Shown piece after piece: positions 15,875 through 23,361 of a DNA stretch of 25,914 bases. Under the pieces are notes generated by a model. That model was not told the DNA's origin, ran no database searches, and saw only the letters and a list, made by a program, of their open reading frames with translations. Source of the DNA: a virus; the IMG/VR virus record IMGVR_UViG_3300025469_000026; one strand, written 5' to 3'. A program made the position numbers and the translations under genes. Each line of letters starts with the position of its first letter. Within the stretch, counting starts at the first letter, position 1.

Positions 15875-18052
15875 CTACTTCCAGCTTCCTATCGACACCA
15901 TGTTTGACCTACAGACTCCCTCGTTGGGGTCTACTGTCTCTCTCTTAGGTACATAATACCTCTTTTGGCTACGAGATGCAAAGTCATCCAAATCATGCGT
16001 AGTAAAATAACTTTGCGCAGCTGCCCTTACTCGATCATCAAACTGTCCTTCTCTATGTTCCATCTTTGATTTGCTTCCTGTTATGTGACGCTCAAGAGTC
16101 TTGCATTCCTCAATCAACCACTTTGATTTTGGAATATACCATCCTCCGTTAATAGCGTCTACAAAACTCGTCATAAGCATTGGTACGCTCCACGAGTTTG
16201 AGTACCATCCCTGTTTAGTTTTAGATTCATCTTTAATCTTTTTTGAATCATACCTCTTGGGAGCATGATGATAATTAAAACCCATGATCTTTAACTGGTT
16301 TTGGCAAGTATCACCCGGTCCTCTAACTTGTTCAATGGCAAACTTTACCCCTCGATGATCCTTTGTTCTTTTCCCATACCATGTAGCCATACAAGCCACA
16401 AATGGAACCATCTGCGCAGGATTCATCCTCTTGCTCGTTAATTCACAAGCCTGCTCGTCACATCCATCTCCTTTCCCTACTTTAGAAATAGACGCACAAG
16501 CTCTCTCTTCATCTTCTTTATCAAGACCATCTGCCGTATCTACTCCACAAGCATAATCAAATCCTTCTTTTGGTCCCTCATAAACCAATAATTTATCCAT
16601 CGTATCTTTCTCATTGTATTCATTGACTGGAAGCAGTGGAATCATATTCCACTTATATTTCTCTCCTCTTCTTGAAGTCCATTCTACTTCTATAACAGAC
16701 TTATCTTTATCTATTTCTGATTCGTCTGGGTAAAATGTTTCTTCAATTGAGTGTCCAGTAATCGCATAGGCTTGCATCGGTTCACTACGAACCATCTTAT
16801 GTCCTCTTCCGTCTCCTATTACCTCATATACATTATTCTCAACCGCCGCTATAACGTCTGGGTCAAATACTGTGTCATGTACTCCTGTCAATGCTTCATA
16901 GTCATCCGCCGCCATCTGAGCAAGCCAAATCTTTTGCGTGTGATTCTTACACGCTTGGTCATAATTAAATTGCCAAAACCACTGCTGTTCAACTGGCATA
17001 CGCCAATCTTTACCGACTACTCTTGATAAATATGGCGTATTACGAACATAAGACTCACATCGTGTTACGTGCTTTCGCGTTACATCCGAAATTACTCTAT
17101 TCCAATCTCCCGGTACAGGAAACTTACGAACCCAATCATCCTCTGGATAAAGATCAGGAACCATCACCCACGGAATAAAGATAGGACATAATCTGGATTT
17201 TCCTAAAGGCCAATCCTCTTTTGAGCTTTTCCATGTATCAGCAAGCCATCCAGTATTTCCACCTCCCGTTCCCTCAAGGACCATAAACAGATTCCTAGAT
17301 GAGTGCGTTGCTCTTAACAATCCTTCCTCAATCGTCTTCTTCGCATCCTTAAAATCCGCCAACTCTGAGACGTGAATATTTGTAGGCGTCCATCCTTGCG
17401 CTAGACCCGTCGCCTGTGATCCTGATTGAATAGAAAGAATCGACTTGTTTTCATACTCTCTAATATACTGAGAGTCTTTTATCGTGCTAGGAACCAACCA
17501 AAAAGGGCAGTTATCGTGAGCGGTATCAATAATTCTTCCAATCAACTCTGACTTCTTAGATTCTACAGAAGCCATAATTGATTGCGTGTGTGGAATGAAT
17601 AACATACGATTGATAAATTTAAGAGCCGTCTTGGTCGTGATGCCAACCTGGCGAGCCTTCAAGATAATCAGTTCTATAGATACTTGATCTTCGTCGAATT
17701 TTTCAATTACTGAGTCAAATATCTGCTGTGATAGCCTATTTTGAAATTTATATATCTCTCCCTTCTCGTTGCACACGTATGCGTAGCGGCTCTCCCAATA
17801 ATTTGAATCTAAACGACATAACACCTTTTCGTTTTGGATAAATCTCTGTACTTCTTGTATCCTTTTCTCTGTTAATCCAGATTTTACTCTAATATACGTG
17901 TTTTTTGAGTTACTTGAATCATCTTTATATGTGATCTTTTTCATGTATTCTATGAAGTCTTGAACCTCTGCTAGTGAATGATAAACAGGTTCCCAACCTT
18001 CACTAGCAGAGAAGTAGTTTAAGTGCTTATCTATTGTCTTTCTTGAATACAT
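15875..18052 (-). CDS. terL: Terminase large subunit
   Basis: Walker A-like ILKARQVGITT, Walker B-like IHVSE, coupling motif LEGTG, nuclease motifs GVDTADG, IEQ and DDRVRA. Confidence 0.9.
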   Translation of the reverse strand: MYSRKTIDKHLNYFSASEGWEPVYHSLAEVQDFIEYMKKITYKDDSSNSKNTYIRVKSGLTEKRIQEVQRFIQNEKVLCRLDSNYWESRYAYVCNEKGEIYKFQNRLSQQIFDSVIEKFDEDQVSIELIILKARQVGITTKTALKFINRMLFIPHTQSIMASVESKKSELIGRIIDTAHDNCPFWLVPSTIKDSQYIREYENKSILSIQSGSQATGLAQGWTPTNIHVSELADFKDAKKTIEEGLLRATHSSRNLFMVLEGTGGGNTGWLADTWKSSKEDWPLGKSRLCPIFIPWVMVPDLYPEDDWVRKFPVPGDWNRVISDVTRKHVTRCESYVRNTPYLSRVVGKDWRMPVEQQWFWQFNYDQACKNHTQKIWLAQMAADDYEALTGVHDTVFDPDVIAAVENNVYEVIGDGRGHKMVRSEPMQAYAITGHSIEETFYPDESEIDKDKSVIEVEWTSRRGEKYKWNMIPLLPVNEYNEKDTMDKLLVYEGPKEGFDYACGVDTADGLDKEDEERACASISKVGKGDGCDEQACELTSKRMNPAQMVPFVACMATWYGKRTKDHRGVKFAIEQVRGPGDTCQNQLKIMGFNYHHAPKRYDSKKIKDESKTKQGWYSNSWSVPMLMTSFVDAINGGWYIPKSKWLIEECKTLERHITGSKSKMEHREGQFDDRVRAAAQSYFTTHDLDDFASRSQKRYYVPKRETVDPNEGVCRSNMVSIGSWK

Positions 18053-18053
18053 C

Positions 18054-18299
18054 CTACTTCACCAAACTCCTAGTTCTTTTGGGAACCCACGGCGGGAGTA
18101 AACTCAGTATCCGTCGCGTATACACCGCATCGTTATCATCTAAACAGTCTTTCAAGTCCTCTATCGAGTCAAAAACAACTCGACTATCAAACGACACGAA
18201 ACTAGCTTGCAGCGTATCATAGAAACAAAATTCCCGCGCCCATTCAGGGTCGTCGGGATCACTTGCTATCTGCTTGCCAAGGTCAATAAATCGAATCAA
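18054..18299 (-). CDS. Hypothetical protein
   Basis: 81 aa, tightly packed between flanking genes. Confidence 0.65.
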   Translation of the reverse strand: MIRFIDLGKQIASDPDDPEWAREFCFYDTLQASFVSFDSRVVFDSIEDLKDCLDDNDAVYTRRILSLLPPWVPKRTRSLVK

Positions 18300-18944
18300 T
18301 CATCCCTCCAGCAACCGTTGTTTGATTTTAATAATCTTTCCGTCCAAGATGTCGTCTCCACCAAACAATCTTTCCTCTACATCGTCTCCTTGGTAAACAG
18401 ACTGACTATTTACTACATCTTCCCCATCCTTACTTTTTCCTCCTGGAAACGTTGCTACCTGTTGGTTGATATTTACCGTTGCACCCCTCGGCGATTGCAA
18501 AAATCCATTGACTATATCAAGTGCTTCCCTGTCCTTTACGCCTCCAGCCATCTTTGCAAACTTGATTCTATTCTTTGTAATCTCAGGATGACTAGATACT
18601 GCTAGAAACCTACTCTTGTTCCAACTGTACGTCTGCACCGCCATCTGAATAGCCCCAAGTAAGTATATCGGATTCACTTTGGCTTTTATCATTATAGCTT
18701 CCCATGGCAATCTGTCCCTATCGCCAATAGGAATCTTGTCGTAAACCTTCAAGAAATCCGCTACTACTTCATCGTTCGTTGTAAAACGCATAGCCTCAAG
18801 AGCGGTTCTTAGTCCGCCTTTGAGACTTTTTTTCAACATTGGTGTTATCTGTGGCAACGATTGAAATGCTTCCGGCTTTACCTTCAACCTCTTCAACGCT
18901 TGCAGTGTCCTGCTCTCCAACGCTGACAGTTTCGGTACTGGCAT
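18300..18944 (-). CDS. Possible terminase small subunit (start uncertain; frame open back to 19196)
   Basis: Helical protein ending with ...GFLQSPRGATVNINQQ and an acidic tail, just upstream of terL; function inferred from position. Confidence 0.5.
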   Translation of the reverse strand: MPVPKLSALESRTLQALKRLKVKPEAFQSLPQITPMLKKSLKGGLRTALEAMRFTTNDEVVADFLKVYDKIPIGDRDRLPWEAIMIKAKVNPIYLLGAIQMAVQTYSWNKSRFLAVSSHPEITKNRIKFAKMAGGVKDREALDIVNGFLQSPRGATVNINQQVATFPGGKSKDGEDVVNSQSVYQGDDVEERLFGGDDILDGKIIKIKQRLLEG

Positions 18945-19266
18945 CAGAGACTTTGGTTTTCTTTCCTTCTTCGGGGTGAGTTCTTCTCCACTCTCTAACT
19001 CGTTCTCCAACGTATTCTTCTTCATCATCGTCGTCTGTTTGTCTAAGATTTGTGAGCCATTGCTCAATAGGGATGTTAATGTCTCCTCTGCGCTCTTTGG
19101 CTTTATCCTCTTCGGTTTGGACACGACTGATGATAACTTCTTTTTGCGGTCCTGGCTCTGGCCAGTATCGGGTTCCTGCTCTCTTAGCTGCTTCATTCAA
19201 ACCTTCCAAAGATTTCGCAATGGATTCAAAGGATACTACAATACGTTCAATTTGTTCTTTGGTCAT
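18796..19266 (-). CDS. Acidic/charged hypothetical protein overlapping the TerS candidate
   Basis: 156 aa, GGGAGG RBS, ATGA coupling to the upstream ORF. Confidence 0.65.
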   Translation of the reverse strand: MTKEQIERIVVSFESIAKSLEGLNEAAKRAGTRYWPEPGPQKEVIISRVQTEEDKAKERRGDINIPIEQWLTNLRQTDDDDEEEYVGERVREWRRTHPEEGKKTKVSDASTETVSVGEQDTASVEEVEGKAGSISIVATDNTNVEKKSQRRTKNRS

Positions 19267-19409
19267 ACATCCTCCCGATTGTAGTATTCCTTAACAACTT
19301 CTTGAAGTTTCAAGAACGATTCTCTCGCCATACGTTCAATTTCTTCGTTGCTTGTTCCTATTGAAATATAAGCATTTACCGAAAAAAATTGTCCAGGATT
19401 AACTCTCAT
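19263..19409 (-). CDS. 48-aa hypothetical protein MRVNPGQFFS...YNREDV
   Basis: Manually translated; ATGA overlaps at both ends. Confidence 0.6.
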   Translation of the reverse strand: MRVNPGQFFSVNAYISIGTSNEEIERMARESFLKLQEVVKEYYNREDV

Positions 19410-19585
19410 CGCCCATTCATAAGGGAGTAAAAGACATAATTCCCCTTTTTAATCGCAGCGCGTTGCTCTGGTGTTGTGTGGTCCATCTCCCAATCCTTCG
19501 TTGTTCGGTTATACACCATACGTGGTCCTTCTTCAACTTCTTTTGGAATCGAATCACTCGTTATAACAATCTGTTCATCTCTCAT
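19406..19585 (-). CDS. 59-aa hypothetical protein MRDEQIVITS...LMNGR
   Basis: Manually translated; AGGAGG RBS; ATGA overlap with the next ORF. Confidence 0.65.
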   Translation of the reverse strand: MRDEQIVITSDSIPKEVEEGPRMVYNRTTKDWEMDHTTPEQRAAIKKGNYVFYSLMNGR

Positions 19586-19593
19586 ACCGCCTC

Positions 19594-19797
19594 CTAGTCA
19601 AAATCAACCATATACTTCTGATCCACCGCATCAAGAAATTTTATCACATCTCCAAGAGTTCTAACCTGTGACCACTTAACGGGATACATCGTTCTTCTTC
19701 TTTCCTCATATCGTGATACCGCAACCGCATTCATCCACACCAGAACAGGAGCAGTAATCACGAGAATTCCTAGAAAGATATACGACATAATTATCAT
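19594..19797 (-). CDS. Small protein with one N-terminal transmembrane helix
   Basis: 67 aa with hydrophobic YIFLGILVITAPVLVWMNAVAV; AGGAG RBS; ATGA overlap. Confidence 0.6.
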   Translation of the reverse strand: MIIMSYIFLGILVITAPVLVWMNAVAVSRYEERRRTMYPVKWSQVRTLGDVIKFLDAVDQKYMVDFD

Positions 19798-20000
19798 TTC
19801 AGTTCTCCTGTTATCCTCTGCGACCGAACAATCTCAGGCACCATTGCGGCTAGGATTTCTGATAACTTCTTGTTATTGTCGTAGAACCTGTCCAAATAAT
19901 GCTCTACTGCCCAGTCTGCATCTATTTCAGGATACCGTTCCTTGACTGCCGCACGTACAGTGTCTTCCAACTCAATCATCTTTTCAAGTTTCGTTTTCAC
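19794..20000 (-). CDS. Hypothetical protein (about 68 aa)
   Basis: GTG at 20000 directly after the upstream stop; the longer start at 20141 in the track is unlikely. Confidence 0.55.
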   Translation of the reverse strand: MKTKLEKMIELEDTVRAAVKERYPEIDADWAVEHYLDRFYDNNKKLSEILAAMVPEIVRSQRITGELK

Positions 20001-20001
20001 A

Positions 20002-20325
20002 TTAAATCCCCGTGTAGTCGTTCTTACGCTTCGGCTTTTTCCACATATCCTCAAGAATAGGACACATCTCTGGCGCAGACGAATGGAGTCCTTGTTCCTT
20101 ACGTGAAGTCTCACTGTAGTATGGACCACAGATACGATCACACTCGGATTGTTTTTCTTGTTGCGTCATAGATTTTGTCGCATGAAACCCACTGTTTTAA
20201 CGGTGGGCTGAATGCGATTTTCCTTTCGTTTGACAAAGTAACGTAAAAGATTTTGGTTCAAGATTTCCTACCTCGTCACTGTCGTACAAAACAAGATACT
20301 TTGAGTTTGTGCTCAATTTTTCCAT
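20002..20325 (-). pseudogene. Small gene apparently interrupted by a 78-nt IS-left-end-derived insert
   Basis: ATG 20325 with AAGGAG RBS gives MEKLSTNSKY...LEPKS and then hits TAA at 20197-20199 inside the insert. Deleting 20170-20247 joins it in frame to MTQQEKQ...DYTGI* (81 codons). Confidence 0.5.
20160..20253 (+). repeat. 94-bp exact duplicate of 23137-23230 (10 nt of flank plus IS left end and truncated promoter)
   Basis: Base-by-base identity checked; the copies diverge exactly at the -10 box. Confidence 0.95.
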
Positions 20326-20346
20326 TTTCTCTCCTTTTCAATTCCT

Positions 20347-20381
20347 ATGCGCGTGCCGGGTTGGTTACCGGCTACGCGCAT
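20347..20381. promoter_or_regulatory. GC-rich intergenic hairpin
   Basis: ATGCGCGT-GCCGG-N8-CCGGC-T-ACGCGCAT, 13-bp stem. Confidence 0.55.
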
Positions 20382-20401
20382 CTCTCCTCGTAAGGTACTT
20401 G

Positions 20402-20875
20402 TTAAGCTACCTGCGTAAGTTGCAAAGCGAACACCTGCGGAGCCGACGTTACAGGAATGCTAATCGTCCCCGTAAGAGGATTTCCGTTAGGGTCTACCGT
20501 GGTTGCTGTGATGGTAACGCTGGTGGACGTGTCTCCTGCCGGTACATTGACGACAATCTGCTGTCCAAGAGGAACTGCACCATCAGAATCGTCCGCTGTA
20601 GCCGGGGTAAAGGTCACACTAGGATCGGATGCTGTCCATGTGAACGTGGGAGCGTAGGTAGACCCAACAGGAGGGTTGTACAGTACGCCATTCTCATATA
20701 CTTCCGCCTCAATCTGTCCTGTTGTACCAGCAACGATGTTTCCAATGCTCATTCTTATCTCCAGTGAAAAATGGTTGTGATGCGGTTGAAGTTGATGAAG
20801 GATTTCCCGCAAGAATTTCATGATCTCTCGCGTTAATCTTAGTATATCCTCCAGTAGTCTACTGTGTTTGAACAT
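20402..20875 (-). CDS. Protein with a short N-terminal helix and an Ig-like beta-sandwich
   Basis: ATG 20875 after GAGGA; FTWTASDPSVT and SVTITATTVDPNG resemble Big/Ig-like strands. Confidence 0.6.
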   Translation of the reverse strand: MFKHSRLLEDILRLTREIMKFLREILHQLQPHHNHFSLEIRMSIGNIVAGTTGQIEAEVYENGVLYNPPVGSTYAPTFTWTASDPSVTFTPATADDSDGAVPLGQQIVVNVPAGDTSTSVTITATTVDPNGNPLTGTISIPVTSAPQVFALQLTQVA

Positions 20876-20899
20876 TTCTTGAATCCTCAAATTCGGTTT

Positions 20900-21748
20900 T
20901 TACGCATTAAACAAATCTACTGCTCCCCCAAAAGGCTCTCCACCAATACGTTCTGCCGGTTGAATAACAGGATTTTGCCTCGGAACTGGACCACTATTTG
21001 CCAAATATAATGATTGGTCTATTTCCGGCATATCTTTCATTGGATTGTTAAATACTGGCTGTTGAGATTGTGCATAACCAAAATTCACAGAGCTTTGTGG
21101 TCCTGAAACGTGATTAAATCTATTAAATTCATCCGTTTCCACATGAGGATCAATCGTTCCTCCTAACGCCCTAATCGTCTGAATCAAACGAGGCATCTTC
21201 GCTGTTAATCGCGCCGCCATTTCATCATGAAAGGCTAATTCCTCTCTCGCTTCATCGTATTCCTTTTCCGCTACTGAAAGAGCTTTCCCGTAAATCTTGG
21301 ACACTGGCTTTTCTTTTGAAGCCCTCTTTCGTCCTTTTTCGGCAGGACTAGGACTATTATTTGTCCTAGTTGGTTGGGAAACTACGGGACCGGGATCGTA
21401 AGGATGTTCTATCGTTAAAAGAAGGTGCGTTCCTTCACCTTTTTCTATACTTTGTCCGTTTAAGCAAGCAGGGCAGTGCTTGGATTCCTGAGTAGATTCT
21501 GTTTCTCCAAAAGGCTCAGGATTTGGTTTTGGCTCTTCCTTGTATATAAACGGAACAGGAATAAGTGATGGCTCCGTTTTTTCTCCTGTTCCTTGATTTA
21601 CATAAGCATATTCTACTATAACTGGAGTCTCTTTTTTCTTTGCCCATCGTTTCGCAGATGCAATCTTGGCTATTGCACTACGCTGCTCTTTCGACAGCTT
21701 TTCCGCTCTGGCTTTTCCGCCATTCGTTCCTCGATTACTTTCACTCAT
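20900..21748 (-). CDS. Hypothetical protein with an N-terminal GGKARAEKL...R..IA..A...RW motif, a CPAC motif and a coiled coil
   Basis: 282 aa, GGGAG RBS; the N-terminal motif resembles the KGG / basic nucleic-acid-binding micro-domain. Confidence 0.7.
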   Translation of the reverse strand: MSESNRGTNGGKARAEKLSKEQRSAIAKIASAKRWAKKKETPVIVEYAYVNQGTGEKTEPSLIPVPFIYKEEPKPNPEPFGETESTQESKHCPACLNGQSIEKGEGTHLLLTIEHPYDPGPVVSQPTRTNNSPSPAEKGRKRASKEKPVSKIYGKALSVAEKEYDEAREELAFHDEMAARLTAKMPRLIQTIRALGGTIDPHVETDEFNRFNHVSGPQSSVNFGYAQSQQPVFNNPMKDMPEIDQSLYLANSGPVPRQNPVIQPAERIGGEPFGGAVDLFNA

Positions 21749-21778
21749 TCTTTCTCCCGGTAGTACAGTTCTTCAATT

Positions 21779-21892
21779 CCTGCCGCTTATCCGGTATCGT
21801 GTTTACTCGCAACGCATGGCTTTCAAGCAACGCCGGATTTCCACCTTTACGAAGCGGCAGGGAGTTTTCTGGTTGTCAGTGGACCAGAAACT
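21779..21892 (-). ncRNA. Candidate structured ncRNA or cis-regulatory RNA with a pseudoknot
   Basis: Perfect 10-bp stem 21779-88/21852-61, 6-bp stem 21789-94/21833-38, an inner helix that pairs only on the minus strand through G-U, a separate hairpin 21863-92, and loop CCACU complementary to bulge GGUGG. Confidence 0.5.
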
Positions 21893-22366
21893 TTATACTA
21901 CATCAACCGAACCGCCTACGGCAACATTTCCACCACTATCTTCCATGGTCGCTGCCATTGCGTCAATTATACTCCTGCGCGTATACTTGCGCTTGGTTCG
22001 AGTAGGAGTATTCGTTCCATCCTCTTCGCTAGGCTCCGGTGGAACTTCCATCTTGGCATCCTTAATACGTCCTCGTACTATATTAAGGTTTGGTTCCTCG
22101 TCAACCACTACACTTTCTTTGACCTCGACAGGATTCTCAACTACTTCCTTTGGCAATTCAACCTTGAGAGGAACTTCAATGTTCATGTCCAGCGAAACTA
22201 TACTTGAATCGTACAGTTTCAGGTGAATCTCTGCTGTCGCACTGTACGAACGATAACGATCTGAGTCTCGTAAATCACACGAATAATTCAGTTTACGAAG
22301 GATATGATCGAGTAAATCATCCTTGATTTCTGTTCCTGAAAGCCCTTGAACAATTTCATCCGCCAT
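21893..22366 (-). CDS. Hypothetical protein
   Basis: 157 aa, GGGAG RBS. Confidence 0.75.
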   Translation of the reverse strand: MADEIVQGLSGTEIKDDLLDHILRKLNYSCDLRDSDRYRSYSATAEIHLKLYDSSIVSLDMNIEVPLKVELPKEVVENPVEVKESVVVDEEPNLNIVRGRIKDAKMEVPPEPSEEDGTNTPTRTKRKYTRRSIIDAMAATMEDSGGNVAVGGSVDVV

Positions 22367-22409
22367 TGCATATCTCCCTTTGAATCAGTTGTTTGGATTG
22401 TTTATACTG

Positions 22410-22688
22410 CTAGAAACTGTACTCTTCCTCTTCGTCCTTGGGTTTCTGCTTGCGCTTTTTGCCCATCTCGTACTTCTTTTTTAGAGCCTCATACTTTTGT
22501 ATTGTACCCTCTTGCGGAATAATCGTACCCGTTTCAATGTTCTGAATAGTCCGTCTGCTTACCCCGCAAATTTCCGCTAAAAACGTTTGAGTCAATGCGT
22601 TATCGATCCTGAACTGCCGCCACGTCTGCGCGATTGACTCCATCTCGCCCTTGACTTCTTCATCCACTATACGCTTTGTTCTCGCCAT
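22410..22688 (-). CDS. XRE-family helix-turn-helix regulator (Cro/CI-like)
   Basis: RIDNALTQTFLAEICGVSRRTIQNIETG is a canonical HTH_3 pattern. Confidence 0.85.
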   Translation of the reverse strand: MARTKRIVDEEVKGEMESIAQTWRQFRIDNALTQTFLAEICGVSRRTIQNIETGTIIPQEGTIQKYEALKKKYEMGKKRKQKPKDEEEEYSF

Positions 22689-22735
22689 ACGCAAGCATCC
22701 TTTCTGTTTTTATACGCTTTGTTCTGGTTTGTCAA
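22668..22735 (-). promoter_or_regulatory. Putative promoter of the HTH gene with a 15-bp direct repeat (operator candidate)
   Basis: TTGACA at 22735-22730; AGAACAAAGCGTATA at 22725-22711 and at 22682-22668. Confidence 0.5.
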
Positions 22736-22738
22736 GCA

Positions 22739-23146
22739 TTATTTTCTCGTGATCCCCCTTCTTGCTCTCACTAGTGCCTCTGCTACCGCATCTAGACTGT
22801 CCTCATGAAGACTGCTCAACCATTTATCTTCATCCATAACTTTCATCACTTTTGGATGATCTCTCCACGTAACCTCTTTAGTGTGTAGAAGTTCATGAAC
22901 AATAACAACTTCCAACTCTCTTCTGAAATACTCTCTATCTGTGTTCGTCCTATCGTTAGGATGACGTAGAATAATCTTCTGTCTATGACGAATAGGGCAA
23001 ACCTTACAGTTTCCTAATTTATTTCCCATCTCTTCCGCATTACTTATCACAATATCAAAATCGATATGGTCTAATCGGAGTTGCGGTTGCCAATAGGATA
23101 GATACTCCTTGGCTTGCTGGAGTTCCTTGTCTTCTAGTTGCGTCAT
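22739..23146 (-). CDS. Putative zinc metallopeptidase-like protein (HExxH)
   Basis: VVIVHELLHTK motif, preceded by a W...L.L....I and G.C pattern typical of phage zincin-like proteins. Confidence 0.65.
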   Translation of the reverse strand: MTQLEDKELQQAKEYLSYWQPQLRLDHIDFDIVISNAEEMGNKLGNCKVCPIRHRQKIILRHPNDRTNTDREYFRRELEVVIVHELLHTKEVTWRDHPKVMKVMDEDKWLSSLHEDSLDAVAEALVRARRGITRK

Positions 23147-23361
23147 AGATTTTGTCGCATGAAACCCACTGTTTTAACGGTGGGCTGAATGCGATTTTCC
23201 TTTCGTTTGACAAAGTAACGTAAAAGATTTACGCTTAAAAGATACGGCGGGACACGTCGGACTTTAAGCGCGTGGAGCGGATATGAGACTTGCCAGATGT
23301 TTTGGAAAGCAATCCGCGATGAAACGTGAATCCCATGAATTTATTCGTGGGAGGATGTCAA
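23147..23361 (+). mobile_element. Complete non-autonomous IS200/IS605 miniature element (215 bp): left end, promoter, tnpB tail / omegaRNA and right end
   Basis: Left hairpin GAAA-CCCACTGT-TTTA-ACGGTGGG; right hairpin GAAT-CCCATGAA-TTTA-TTCGTGGG then AGGATGTCAA. Guide GAAA predicts target TCNT, and TCAT (23143-46) is the left junction. Guide GAAT predicts TCNA, and TCAA is the right end. The empty site restores an ATGA stop/start overlap. The internal KDTAGHVGL* resembles a TnpB C-terminus. Confidence 0.88.
23207..23235 (+). promoter_or_regulatory. Sigma70-type promoter inside the mini-element
   Basis: TTGACA (23207-12), 17-nt spacer, TACGCT (23230-35). Confidence 0.6.

Noticed and set aside
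19794-20141. 115-aa version of the ORF starting at 20141
   Set aside because: The N-terminal extension overlaps the 55-codon ORF at 20169-20002 and has no RBS; GTG at 20000 follows the upstream stop
21830-21885. Cobalamin riboswitch or hammerhead resemblance (GGUGGAAAUCC, CCACUG, CUGACA)
   Set aside because: The motifs are in the wrong order, and the B12 box and the CUGANGA/GAAA core are absent
20160-23230. 94-bp repeats as a CRISPR array or attachment sites
   Set aside because: Only two copies 3 kb apart, with IS200/IS605 left-end structure; no spacers and no integrase in the window
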